NCBI GenBank assembly: GCA_951406725.2
Contig: OX597815.1
Coordinates: 181,412,001 to 181,476,000 of the forward strand
Direction of reading: 5' to 3'
From: Octopus vulgaris
Lineage: Eukaryota
Length of the DNA stretch: 64,000 bases
Shown here: positions 51,755-64,000 of the stretch, piece by piece
Layout of the letters: every line of letters begins with the position of its first letter
Position numbering within the stretch: position 1 is the stretch's first letter
Made by a program: the position numbers and the translations under genes
Notes under the pieces: generated by a model
The model's input: only the letters and a program-made list of their open reading frames with translations
Databases searched by the model: none
Told to the model about the DNA's origin: nothing

Positions 51755-52472
51755 CAATAATTACACATGAATTCTAAATGCAAGAGCGAAAAATAATGAA
51801 AGTAGATATTCAGTAGCCGTTTTGTTCGCAATTATTTGTTGTGTTGCGATTAATAGCAAGTAAGAATGAAAGACGAAAACAGTTGAAGGAAAAAACAAAT
51901 GAAAGAAGGAATAAGGCAAGAAGAAAAGGCAAATAAGATTGTAGCTAGAAAAGAAGACAGAAAGATCTAATTATTTCTGAAAGTTTAAAGAAAAATTAAC
52001 GCTTATTGATCGTAACGAAATCCTTGTTAGGAGTGAAGGTCCAACTCATAACAAACAATGAGAATATAGCCATTACCATGAAACCGTCCAAGCAAATAAT
52101 TGACATTAGCTTCCGTTTTCTAGACTGTTTAATTTAAATTTTACTCTCACGATATCATGTGTCACTGAATCTATACCGTCGTTCATTCCGTTCACTTCAT
52201 CCATCATCCGTACATCCTGTTCGATATAAAAACATGGGCTGTGCATATTTCTTTTAAAATTAGTATTTAACGAAATAAAGAGATGAGTCGAATGTCCACT
52301 ATGCTCCAGTTCTTTTGCTTAAGAAACAAAGTTAATTGTAATACAAAAGAGATTATGGTTTTATTAATGCGACACTCGTAACGACTCCATATTTACAGAA
52401 ACATGCACGTATAGATACACACACATATTATTAATATCATCATCATCATCTTCATCATTATTATTTGCATTA

Positions 52473-52551
52473 AGTGTATTCTACTGTAGCCTCGAGCCGA
52501 CCAAAGCCTTGTGAGTGGATTTGGTAGACAGAAACTGAAAGAAGCCCGTCG

Positions 52552-52607
<56 letters not shown>

Positions 52608-53015
52608 AGATAAGAAAATGGAGAAATACATCTAAATCAAATATCAATTACCAGATAATACTCGATCACATACTTTATTAAACCACAACATAAGAGACTG
52701 TAGGGTTAAATATAAAAAGCATGATTTGTTCTGCTTTTTATATTTAACCCTACAGTCTCTTATTTTGTGGTTTAATAAAGTATGTGATCGAGTATTATCT
52801 GGTAATTGATATTTGATTTAGATGTATTTCTCCATTTTCTTATCTTGTATTAGTAATTTGTGGTAAATCATTTTTTGCCCATATAATACAGTAAATGAAT
52901 TGATTGCATCGCAATCATTAACATTTATGTATTAACTTTGTTGGGTACTTCACTAGCAGTATATTGGATATACGTTATCCCATAGAGGGTTGCATTTACA
53001 ACCCCTATCTCAATT

Positions 53016-53095
<80 letters not shown>

Positions 53096-53322
53096 TGTAT
53101 GTTTGTATGTGTGTATATATGTTTCTGTATCTGTGTTTGTCCCCCAACATCGCCTGACAACCGACAGTGATGCGTTTACATCCCCGTAACTTAGCGATTT
53201 GGCAAAAGAGACTGATAAAATAAACACTAAGCTTACAAAGAATAATTCCTGGGGTCAATTTGCTCGACTAAAGGTGGCGCTCCAGCATGGCCGCAGTCAA
53301 ATGACTGAAACAAGTAAAAGAG
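52473..53322 (+). mobile_element. 5'-truncated SINE family B, interrupted in its internal (TA)n
   Basis: Family B body at 52473-52555 and 53100-53322. Confidence 0.85.
52604..53017. mobile_element. Palindrome+tail element inserted in (TA)n
   Basis: Arms 52604-52721 and 52732-52849 (one mismatch seen), 10-nt loop, tail 52850-53017. Confidence 0.85.
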
Positions 53323-54026
53323 AATGCTTACGTAGCGTTATATAAGAAATACACTGTCTTGTATGTTATATTTGGAAGAATATAAAAATAATAAAAAACT
53401 CTATTTTCGTTTTCCTTCATTTCCATCGGATAACTTTTACTGAACCAGCACATAATTAGAATCTTCCGCTGCTACATATTTCAACAGTACAGGACACACT
53501 TTCAACATGAGGTCAAATATCGTCAACACATTTGTTTTTCCTCTGACGGCTAAAGAACTTTGCCAGTGTTAAGCACGCATTAATCATTTGCACTGATACA
53601 TATATTATTGATCTCAGCACGAATGAAAAGCAAAGCCGATTCCTGCAGATATTGAAGACGTTATAGAGACGTAACACATTAGATGCAAAATAATATCTAG
53701 TCTGGAAATCTACTGTTCTCATTCATCTTCAGACTATTTAAGAGGATATAATTTACAAATAGACAAAAAGCAAAACATATAAATAAAACAATAGTCGACC
53801 AGTCGTTGGTTTATATCAGCCATGTATCAAATGATTTGCACTCAGTCTGTGCATTTACATTTATGTAGAATCTAACGGGACCCTTAATGAACAGCTCTGT
53901 CAGACAGAAGCTTTTCCCTTTTATACAGTGTCTAGTCAACCCTGATGTAATCCATTTTCTCTTCAATTTACAAATTATAAATGGCTGACAAAAAGTGAAC
54001 CTACATCGCCGTTACACCACTGAGCT

Positions 54027-54038
54027 TATATATATATA

Positions 54039-54094
<56 letters not shown>

Positions 54095-54109
54095 CATATA
54101 TATATATAC

Positions 54110-54140
<31 letters not shown>

Positions 54141-54149
54141 CATATATAC

Positions 54150-54184
<35 letters not shown>

Positions 54185-54189
54185 CATAT

Positions 54190-54246
<57 letters not shown>

Positions 54247-54247
54247 C

Positions 54248-54319
<72 letters not shown>

Positions 54320-54338
54320 GTGTGTGTGAGTGTGTGTG
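54027..54338. repeat. (TA/TACA)n
   Basis: Directly visible. Confidence 0.95.
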
Positions 54339-54340
54339 TA

Positions 54341-54545
54341 AGGCGGCAAGCTGGCAGAAGCGTTAGCACGCCGGGCGAAATACTTTGCGGTATTTCGTCT
54401 GCCGCTACGTTCTGAGTTCAAATTCCGCCGAGGTCGACTTTGCCTTTCATCCTTTCGGGGCCGATAAATGTAGTTACGCACTGAGGTCGATGTAATCGAC
54501 TTAATCCGTTTGTCCCCTCTGTGTTTAGCCCCTTGTGGGCAGTAA

Positions 54546-54550
<5 letters not shown>
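54341..54550 (+). mobile_element. SINE family A
   Basis: Family A match with small deletions. Confidence 0.9.
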
Positions 54551-54609
<59 letters not shown>

Positions 54610-54840
54610 TACGTACGCTGCCATATGTATATAAAAAGGAATATAAAAAACGGAACAAGAAAAAACAAGGAGTTTTCCTTCCTCAGTCGAGTTCCAGATT
54701 ATCTTGCAATTTCGGCTGGTTATACTCGAGATTACTCCAATCTGGCCAGCCCCAAGGAAAAACTAAGCTAAAAGCACTAGATTCCTTGGAAGAAAGCAGA
54801 GAATGTATACAAAAACAAGGAAGGAAAAAAATATATATTA

Positions 54841-55060
54841 TTCTTTTATTCTTTTACTTGTTTCAGTCATGTGATTGCTACCATGCTGGATCACCGCCTC
54901 AAAGGGTTTTCGTCGAATAAATCGACACCAGGACTTATTCTTTATAGGCCTAGTACTTATTCCAGCAGTCTTCTTTTTTGCCGAACCGGTAAGTTGCGGG
55001 AATGTAAACACATCAACATCGGTTGTCAAGCGATGGTGAGGGGACCGAAAGACACACACA
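54841..55060 (-). mobile_element. SINE family B 3' half
   Basis: Family B tail match. Confidence 0.8.
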
Positions 55061-55160
55061 TATATGTGTGTGTATATATATATATATCGATACAGGTGAA
55101 ACGAATCAGTTGCAGCATATACTTCGAAGCGTTAGGTTGGGAGTCTCTAATCATGGTAAC

Positions 55161-55213
55161 ACGTGCTGAAGAAGCTAAGGATTTATTTTACCAATGCAGA
55201 AATTGATCCACGT
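55161..55213 (+). ncRNA. Minimal HHR fold (CUGAAGA core, weak stem II) in a (TA)n-flanked element at ~55089-55360
   Basis: ACGTG CTGAAGA A GC...GC A GAA ATTGAT C CACGT. Confidence 0.55.
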
Positions 55214-55360
55214 ATGTTAGTAGATTGTCTTAACCTGATTTTGCCTTCGTTTGATTTCTGTGGTTTTCATCGGTGTATTTTTGGCGATTTAATAAGTGTT
55301 TTGACTGTTATTTCAAGCAGGTTGACATACCTAGTATGTACTTTGATTAATTTTAAATTT

Positions 55361-55491
<131 letters not shown>

Positions 55492-55840
55492 GTTTTTTTT
55501 TACGGAGATGTACTCGCATAGCAAGTAATTTGATCTGAGATCGTGTGCTGAAACAAAAACAATTGCAGCGTGGAAGGTGTTTATAAGCCATTTAAGAAAC
55601 ACACAAAAGCCGTTCGATTCACTTCAACATTTAAGTTTAATTTGTCAAAATATTTTCGTCGCTAAAATCCGCGACCTGTTCACTGACAAAGTCCGTGCTG
55701 CACGGACTTTGTCAGTGAACAGGTCGCGGATTTTAGCGACGAAAATATTTTGACAAATTAAACTTAAATGTTGAAGTGAATCGAACGGCTTTTGTGTGTT
55801 TCTTAAATGGCTTATAAACACCTTCCACGCTGCAATTGTT
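55492..55840. mobile_element. Perfect 141-bp-arm palindrome (centre 55699) plus tail, between (TA)n tracts
   Basis: Arms 55558-55698 and 55700-55840 identical by eye; tail 55492-55557. Confidence 0.9.
55708..55757 (+). ncRNA. Variant hammerhead fold with G3-C8 core swap (mirror copy at 55641-55690 on the - strand)
   Basis: TTTGTCA GTGAACA G GTCGC GGATTTTA GCGAC GAA AATATT T TGACAAA. Confidence 0.7.
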
Positions 55841-55867
55841 ATATATATATGTATATACATATATATG

Positions 55868-55957
<90 letters not shown>

Positions 55958-56035
55958 TATCCATGTACTTTTATACAAATCATTTATGACCTTACTCACT
56001 TATCTCGTCGTACAGCTACAGTATTAGCAGTTTCA

Positions 56036-56124
<89 letters not shown>

Positions 56125-56487
56125 AATGAATAAAGGGACCGAAATACCACCTTGCTACAAATAAGAATCAATAACCCAAAGCAACACGTCTTTCACTATA
56201 GGTAAACATATATATATATGTAATAGAAATATGTTACAAAAAGAAAATAGAAACTACATATGGTAATGTAAGGGGAAAGTAAGAAAAATAAACGAAAATG
56301 TACATTGTAAATAAAAAAAAGTAAAGGCTTTTTATGAAAAGTAACGAAAGATATATATACAATTAGATGAACTGAGGTAGGAATAAAAGTAATAAAAGTC
56401 ATTATTGTGAGATTATTAAAGAGATTCAAGCATACCGCCGGTTTCATAAGTTACTATTCATTGCTTTGAATGCACACCGATACACAC

Positions 56488-56570
<83 letters not shown>

Positions 56571-56799
56571 TATATATATATAACTAATGTAGGATAAAAT
56601 TTTTTTTCGGGAAAAAAAGTTTATCAATGGCCAGCATACCAAAAAATACCTTTAAAGGTCAAATTTATGAATAATTTACAAAATAAGGGCAAAAGAAAAA
56701 TTCTATTGCCAAATATGCCGAAAAAAAGACAAAATTGTCAATAACCATTATAATTTATGCGTCTCGAAGCAAACATAGAAATTTCTAAAAAATACGTTA

Positions 56800-56860
56800 T
56801 TACCGTATTGGTCCCAATTTTGGGGTTAATTAATAAGAATTTTCCCCTCTTCAGCGATAA
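56800..56860 (-). ncRNA. HHR fold (CUGAAGA core, G12 mutated) in a (TA)n-flanked element at ~56581-56896
   Basis: TTATCG CTGAAGA GGGG..CCCC AAA ATTGGGACCAAT A CGGTAA. Confidence 0.55.
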
Positions 56861-56894
56861 ATACGTGAGATATAAGTGAAATACTTACTGAAAC

Positions 56895-56974
<80 letters not shown>

Positions 56975-56975
56975 A

Positions 56976-57184
56976 CGAAGGGGCGCTGAAAAGTTACTTG
57001 TTTTGGTTAAAAGAAAATATAAGAGGGTCAGTCAATTATGATTTTATTCAACATATTCCCCTCTCAAATTCACAAACTTATTGCAGCGTCCTTCAGTTTT
57101 TCTTAGTCCTGTAAAAGAGCTCGGAAGTTTCAGCCTCCATCAGGCCTTTCACGATGGTCTTCAAGTCAGAAACTTTTCAGCACC
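56976..57184. mobile_element. Mariner-type MITE remnant
   Basis: TA|CGAAGGGGCGCTGAAAAGT ... ACTTTTCAGCACC (right TIR truncated). Confidence 0.55.
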
Positions 57185-57236
57185 ATATACATACGTATGT
57201 GTGTGTGGGTGTGTGTGTGTTTATATATGTATATAC

Positions 57237-57603
57237 TGAGAAAAAAATCGTCAGAATTTTAGAAAAATAATATTTTTATTTCTTCATTATTATTAGCGCT
57301 TTGGTTCGTTTCTTGAACTTGTCAAATAAAATTTTGTGAATGTACTAACAGCTTGTTCATTTATATAAAACAGATTTGTTTTGGGGATTTTTTGTTTAGA
57401 AGCCCCCCACCACACAAAAACCCCAAATCACATCTGTTTTATATAAATGAACAAGCTGTTTGTAAATTAACAAAATTTTATTTGACAAGTTCAGGAAACG
57501 AACCAAAGCGCTAATAATAATGAAGAAATAAAAATACTTTTTTCCAAAAATTCTGACGACTTTTTTTCTCAATATTCAATTTTTGTACATCACACCTAAT
57601 ACC

Positions 57604-57606
<3 letters not shown>
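57237..57606. mobile_element. Palindrome+tail element with HHR-like fold (U3-A8 core)
   Basis: Arms ~57237-57392 and ~57416-57571; TTAT TTGACAA GTTC AGGAAAC GAAC CAA AGCGCT A ATAA at 57478-57517. Confidence 0.8.
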
Positions 57607-57653
<47 letters not shown>

Positions 57654-57925
57654 ACACACACACAAACACACACACACATCTGATGAAAAACGCCAAGAAT
57701 GACCCGTCTTTTTTTTTTTGCCTTTCCTTCTAATTGTTTCTCTTGTCCGCCTTTGTGTCGTCTATCTATCTAAACGTTTGAATGCCCTCTATTGCATTTT
57801 TGCTCCATTTATATATATATATATATATATATAGGGCAGAATTCACAAAAAAAAACAAGAGACGAAGACAGTTGGTGTAGACAACAAACAGATGTATTAG
57901 TATAACGCTCGGGAAGTGAAAAAGA

Positions 57926-57961
57926 CTTTAACGTTTCGAGCCTACGCTCTTCCACAGAAAG
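57926..57961 (-). ncRNA. Minimal HHR fold (CUGUGGA core) in a (TA)n-flanked element at ~57833-58035
   Basis: CTTT CTGTGGA A GAGC GTAG GCTC GAA ACGT T AAAG. Confidence 0.6.
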
Positions 57962-58035
57962 GAACACAGAAAGAAACAAGGAGAGAAAATAAAGAATGTG
58001 TAGTGGCTTGCGATCTATCATGGCAAATGCCGAAC

Positions 58036-58094
<59 letters not shown>

Positions 58095-58578
58095 TGTGTG
58101 TGCTCGTGTGCGTGTATACATACATACATGCGTTCATTCATACAAACTCATACACACGTATATCAGCAAGGTTTGAGGTTATACAAGACAGTTGCCCTTG
58201 ACTTGCTGAGATCTGTAATACACCCAACAATTGCTTTTGTAGATTATTTGTAAATTGGTAAATTTACAGTATCAATTTGTTCAACTGTCACAAATGACGG
58301 CTATCAAAATGGATTACAAATGGTTCATTATTATTGTAACTTAAGCTTGAGATTTGCACACTTACGGGACCGGCGTGTTTGAAACATAAACGATAATTTT
58401 TGAATGATGACGGTTTAGGCGCATTATGATTTGTGGAATTTGGTATTTCTTTCTCACCCATAAAATAGAAAAGCATAAATGCCGCAGTGATAAACAAATT
58501 CACTGCTATATGATATTTTTACTACGATACACAAGTTAAGTCTTCTCTCTTTATATGCAGAACTAATGTATTGTATTT

Positions 58579-59215
58579 CATTTATATAGCTATGGTACGA
58601 CCTCATTTATATAGCTATGGTACGACCTCACCTGGAATTTGCATCACCAGTCTGGAACCCCTATCTTGCCCAGGATATTAATCGTCTGGAAGCCGTTCAG
58701 CGACATGCAACCAAGAGAATACCTCCACCAGGCATTTGCCATATTCTGAACGCCTTACTTCCTTGGGCATGGATACATTGAAACTCCGATGTCTGGCAGC
58801 TGACTTGGCAGACACCCATAAAATTATTAACCATCTTACAAACAATAACTCTGAGCACCTTTTCAAACTCCACCAGTCTAACACCCGTGGACATGTTTAC
58901 AAAGTCAGAAAACAGCACAGCTCCCATGACTTTCGGAAACATTTTTCATCCTAAGAGTTGCTGAAGTATGGAACAAACTGCCGGCATCAGTTGTTAGTTG
59001 TCGGAGCACTGCATCCTTCAAAACTTCTATGCTTCCTGAGATTCGCCAACACTACACCTGATTTTCTCCCCTCCATACACACGCAAGCATGCATCTGACT
59101 CATACACTGTTCGCTATGCAGACATTTGTACATTACTGCATATGCTTTATACGCACTTTTGACAAGTTGTGGTGCACCTGAGCACTGTATACAATAATTT
59201 CATTATTATTATTAT
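58579..59215 (+). mobile_element. 5'-truncated CR1-clade LINE 3' end
   Basis: YIAMVRPHLEFASPVWNPY..LEAVQRHATK..YSERL..TRGH..RVAEVWNKLP; (ATT)n tail. Confidence 0.9.
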
Positions 59216-60264
59216 ATTATTTTTTGCTGTAAAATGTTGAAAATTCAGCCAGTATTTTAGACTTATAATTTATATGGCGAACTTACTTTTCCGCGTAAGG
59301 TTAAGCAGAAACTATAAACAATAACATATTTGTTACTGGATTTAAAATTTCTAATTGCCTTTAATGGGGATGGTTAGTATTATATTAGTATTAATTTGAT
59401 CCATCCAACCAATTTTATTTATTTCATAAATAATACTTAAGATCAATTATTAAATGAGTCGCTTAATGCATGGAAACAGAGAAATAGAATGGCCAATCAA
59501 TTGATTAACATCGAACGAAAGCGAAGTAAATCTGTGCAATTATCAATGCCATGTAGTTTGATTAATGTAATTTGTTTAATATAAAGTGTATTGGATCTGG
59601 GAAATATACGGAGCATTTGATCAATCTTAAACATCTGTTTGTTCATAACAATTAAAGATAAATAGAACAAGTGCAGAATTACTAAATAGGTAATTATAGC
59701 TTTTAAGCATTTAATTTTAAAGCTTATTTACTTTAAGAATTGTTCTAAGTGTATTAGGTTAGCCTTAAGCGACTAGCTGTTCATGAAATTCTAAGATAGC
59801 AGAATTCGATAGTAGCAAAGTGTTTAGCTGCAAACTTCTGAAAATGTCAGATCCAGAAGATATACTACTCTTAATAGTAATTAAATCCAGCTCTAATTTA
59901 CATCTGTATCAGTCTCTTTATCTGAAATTCTTAATTCTAGAATATATCCTGTTTTCAACATTTAAGTCTCTTGCAGTAAATTCCTATTTAGTAAACCAGT
60001 TCCTATGAACTGAAACCATTTGGAATATCGCCCATATTTCCTTTCCAAACAAGAAATTTAAACATCAAATTCTAAAAGTTCAGATTAACCACTCTTTAAT
60101 AAAACTCCATTCTTGAGTAAATAGAGGAGATCTGCGACCTCTACTCCTCCATGTTGTCAGAATGCAAGAATCATACACACCAAGTTTCTGTTTGTGTATA
60201 AAATCAACAAAGCGGTACTATTTTAAGTATACTGCCAGTGACGTCAATAATAAATCTCTGAACG

Positions 60265-60602
60265 AGGTATAAACAGTAGCTGCACGACAATGTGAAGTAT
60301 ATTTGCCACTTAAATGTGGCTAACCACTAAGGGTGGATGCTACTGTAGCTTGTGGCCATAGGAGGACATCTTCTCCAGCTGGATATTGGCACACTTTCTG
60401 TGCCTTATCAATCTTTGCAAAGGGAAGCCACCCTTCCCATTGTCGACTTGACGTGATACGCACGGACCCGGGTTTCTGAGTATTTACCCGTCGTCAGCGC
60501 ACGACAATCACCGGTCTTCGATACGAAGGGGGTCCCAATGCAAATACATATATCCTTTTTCTAGTGACGAAAAGTCACTGACCTCGAAAAAGTGTAAACA
60601 AG
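60265..60602 (-). mobile_element. 338-bp non-coding HHR-bearing insertion with 20-bp TSD
   Basis: TSD CAATAATAAATCTCTGAACG at 60245-60264 and 60603-60622. Confidence 0.85.
60459..60503 (-). ncRNA. Minimal type-I hammerhead ribozyme
   Basis: CGTGCG CTGACGA C GGGTA AA TACTC A GAA ACCCGGGT C CGTGCG; palindromic stem III, GUC site. Confidence 0.8.
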
Positions 60603-60879
60603 CAATAATAAATCTCTGAACGGACATCATTTTCTTTTAAAGAAGCTAGAATTGGGAGAATAGACAATGCAGTTACAGAATACAAGAAAGTACTACTCGA
60701 GTCATTGCATACTCATATCCGGTCACCGACACATCAAATATGGTGTGTAGACATAGCTGAATGATATAAGATATTGGTTAACTTTAAATATGTTTAGTTA
60801 GCTTGAAGTTGAAGTTAAACATTTTGGTTAATAATATGGTTGAAGCAATCACATTACAGCTTTATTTGAATGTTTCAAT

Positions 60880-62192
60880 AACCACAACACAGTTTTAGAG
60901 CGTAAATGAAAAGAAGAAATATGATATAATCCAAAGTTCGCCAAGATTATCTAAGTTCGAAGAATTGAGCCAGTTAATGCAACCTCTCAGATTCGGACAT
61001 TCGTCCCTTTTACATCATTGCTATACTCTATGATGCTTAACACCGAATGTGGAGATTCACTAGCTGTAATTTGCAACTGCTGGAATTGGACACTAAGTGA
61101 ACTAACCAAACTAGACAGGAAAAGCAAGAAAAATAATCAAGGAATTTAGAATACACCGCCTAAAGTCTGACACAGAAAGCTTTTATATAAAACGAACTGA
61201 AAGTGGTAGAGACCTTATAAAACTAGGAAAAAAAAACTACGATAAAATAACCATCATAGGATTACAGAAATATCTAACTCAGAACCGAAAATAAACTGGT
61301 ACAAATAGTCACAAGACAGAGCAAAACAAAAGAGCATTTTCTCTCTTTACAGAAGCCGAAAAATACAAAACAAAGGGTCATAGTACCTGATAATTATGAG
61401 TAAAAAGAGCAAACAACAAAAGCTGTAAATCTACACTAAAACTGGAACAACAAAATAAAGGATAAAACGATGGCAAGAAATGGCCTTACATGCCGAATAT
61501 TGGGATAAGCTAAACGGAAAAGAAATAAACAAAAGAAAATCCCAGCAATGGTTGGGAAGTTCAGGACTCAAAGTAGAGACTGAAGGATTTTTAATTGAAA
61601 CACAAGCTCAAATCCTCTCCATCAAAAGCTACCAGAAACACTTAACGAAGAAAAATACAATAAGTTACTGTAGAATATGTGGCGATGGGGGAGAAACAAT
61701 AAATCATATTGTCTCTGGTTGCCCAGTCCTGGTTAAGAAAGAAGATATCCACAAACATGACAGAGTTGGGACCTATATACACTGAATACTATGTCAAGCA
61801 CTATGGAATGACGACAGAAAAAACAGTATGAACACATCCCAGAAAAGGTCTCAGAAAATGATAAAGCAACCATACACAAATAGAAAGATCAAGGTTGATA
61901 CTCCGGATATAGTTGTCAGAGAAAATCAAGGAAAAAATTCCTTCTAATTGACGTATCAATTCAAACAGGTGACAATGTATCTCTAAAAGAAATGCAGAAA
62001 CTTTCAAAATACAAAGATCTGGGAATAGAGATAAAAACAGAAATAGTCTCTGTTACAATAGGTGTATTAGGTATGATTAACATTCTTACGGACAAATACA
62101 TAACCAAAACACCAGGACATACGAATATATGATACACATAGAAAATAACACTACTAGGTACCCACACATTCTACATAAAGTACTTTGAATAG
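60880..62192 (+). mobile_element. Decayed R4/Dong-type LINE 3' portion (CCHC + REL endonuclease)
   Basis: GLKVETEGFLI..CRICG...ETINHIVSGC..HDRVG, PDIV, LIDVSI, KYKDLGIEI, TIGVLG. Confidence 0.85.
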
Positions 62193-62205
62193 TGAAAATC
62201 GTGAG

Positions 62206-62497
62206 ACTCCGTTGGTTACGACGATGAGCGTTTCAGTTGAGCGGAACAGCCTGCTCGTGAAATTAACGTGCAAGTGGCTGAGCACTCCACAGACACGTAT
62301 ACCCTTAATGTAGTTTCGGGGAGATTCAGCGTGACACAGAGTGTGACATGGGTGGCTCCTTTGAAATACAGGTACAACAGAAACAGGAAGAAAGAGCGTG
62401 AGAAAGTTGTGGTGGAAGAGTACAGCAAGGTCCACCAACCCCGCGTCCCAGTCAGAGCCTCGTGGAACTTTAGGTGTTTTCGCTCAATAAACACCCA
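62206..62497 (-). mobile_element. SINE family C, headless
   Basis: Family C body and tail. Confidence 0.85.
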
Positions 62498-62548
62498 CAG
62501 CCATGATCATCATGCTTTATTTTCTTTCTAGATAGTATATATTACTAC

Positions 62549-62932
62549 GGCACTCCGTCGGTTACGACGACGAGGGTTCGAGTTGATCCAATCAATGGGA
62601 CAACTTGCTCGTGAAATTACCGTGCAAGTGGCTGAGCACTCCACAGACACGTGTACTCCTTAACGTAGTTCTCGGGGAGATTCAGCGTGACATAGAATGT
62701 GACAAAGATGGTCCTTTGAAATACAGGTACAACAGAAACAAGAAGAAAGAGCGAGAGAAAGTTGTGGTGAACGAACATAGTAGGGTTCGCCACCCCCCGT
62801 CTCTGCCAGAGCCTCGTAGAGCTTTAGGTGTTTTCGCTCAAAAAACACACACAACGCCCGGTCTGGGAATCGAAACTGCGATCCTACGACCGCAAGTCCC
62901 CTGCCATAATCACCGGGCCATTGCGCCTCCAC
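62549..62932 (-). mobile_element. SINE family C, full length
   Basis: Reverse complement GTGGAGGCGCAATGGCCCGGTG..GTTTCGATTCCCAGACCGGGCG. Confidence 0.9.
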
Positions 62933-63669
62933 ACAATGAAAATAACAACACCAAAACAAAGCTTAGCACATGTCCAAAGGACACAGAGCTGCCTTCAATA
63001 GAACAGTGAAAGCAGGTGATAAAAATATGGCTGCTGAAATACAAACTATTGATGTTGCCAGACATGTTTGAGATGAGAGCCACGAAAAGGATATACAAGT
63101 TTAAATATACGAGTTTAAACATTACCATCTGTACTTTCAACATAGTTTAAATGCCGAGTCAACCTTGAATCGCGGAATTGAATTAACAGTCACATTAACA
63201 ATTAACTAGCAGTTAAGCAGAATTAACGGCTAAACCAGCGTTGAAACATGAATGATTTGATATTAGAAGTTTCCCCATCGTTGATTTAAGGCTATTTCTT
63301 AGACTTAATATGTAGCTGTTGCTTACAATAAAACAAACAATTATCTATCGTTCTGGATCATTATTTTCAATTAGATTTAGGTAGCCCTGGTCATTTCCTT
63401 GCCTGAATTACCCACATCTCTTTAGTCTTCTTTCTTCCTCTCTTTCCTTTTGGTGCATGCTAATAACATTTGACATTTCCGCAAAGACCTTTGCCTCCTT
63501 TTATCCCCTGATGGCTATTCTAAATTATATTGACAAAGTGAAGAAGCGGACAAAGGTTATAAATATTAAGATAAACGGATGCATGTGTGATAAAGCTTCT
63601 CTGTAGGAATTTCGATATTAAGTATGTACTTTACCTTTTCGTTGAATAAGTAGCATGTATTACACACAG

Positions 63670-63705
<36 letters not shown>

Positions 63706-64000
63706 GTTTAATTTTACATATAGTTATAAATAAAACTTTCAAACGTTAAGTGAAGAATCACTTAGGAGTTTTAAATAGAATGTTGAATACATATAATTTT
63801 TCCAAAGACGGGGTTGATAGTGACTTCGAAGATTCGGCTTATAAAATAATATTGATATTAGAACCTCTTTTTGAGAGTATTTCAAACAAACTGTAGTTCA
63901 ATTTGGCCCTCTCCCGGTTTTATAATTTTAGCAATCTGTTCCCAGTAAAGTTTCGTATCAAACAATTGTGAAACTCGGTAGTTAAAACATGTATTTTTAT

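Overview
AT-rich, microsatellite-saturated animal DNA, almost entirely intergenic or intronic. The three dominant tRNA-derived SINE families look like those I recall from Octopus genomes; this is an inference, not a database result. Nearly all supplied ORFs are microsatellite or repeat artefacts. The only plausible host coding sequence is one + strand terminal exon (10053-10301) with a hydrophobic, GPI-signal-like C-terminus. The rest is mobile DNA: about 25 SINE copies, decayed RTE, CR1 and R4/Dong-type LINEs, a Gypsy gag-protease remnant, Tc1/mariner, hAT-like and Merlin-like MITEs, and two Penelope-like (PLE) GIY-YIG fragments. The most striking signal is a population of short non-coding elements, many shaped as a long palindrome plus a one-sided tail, flanked by 10-20 bp TSDs or embedded in (TA)n. 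They carry minimal type-I hammerhead ribozyme (HHR) folds with self-complementary stem III; I found about 20 such motifs by eye in several unrelated families. Some replace the core C3-G8 pair with compensatory G3-C8 or U3-A8, and one family is a head-to-head tRNA-promoter (Pol III) + HHR dimer. All folds and alignments were done by eye, and coordinates may be off by a few bases.
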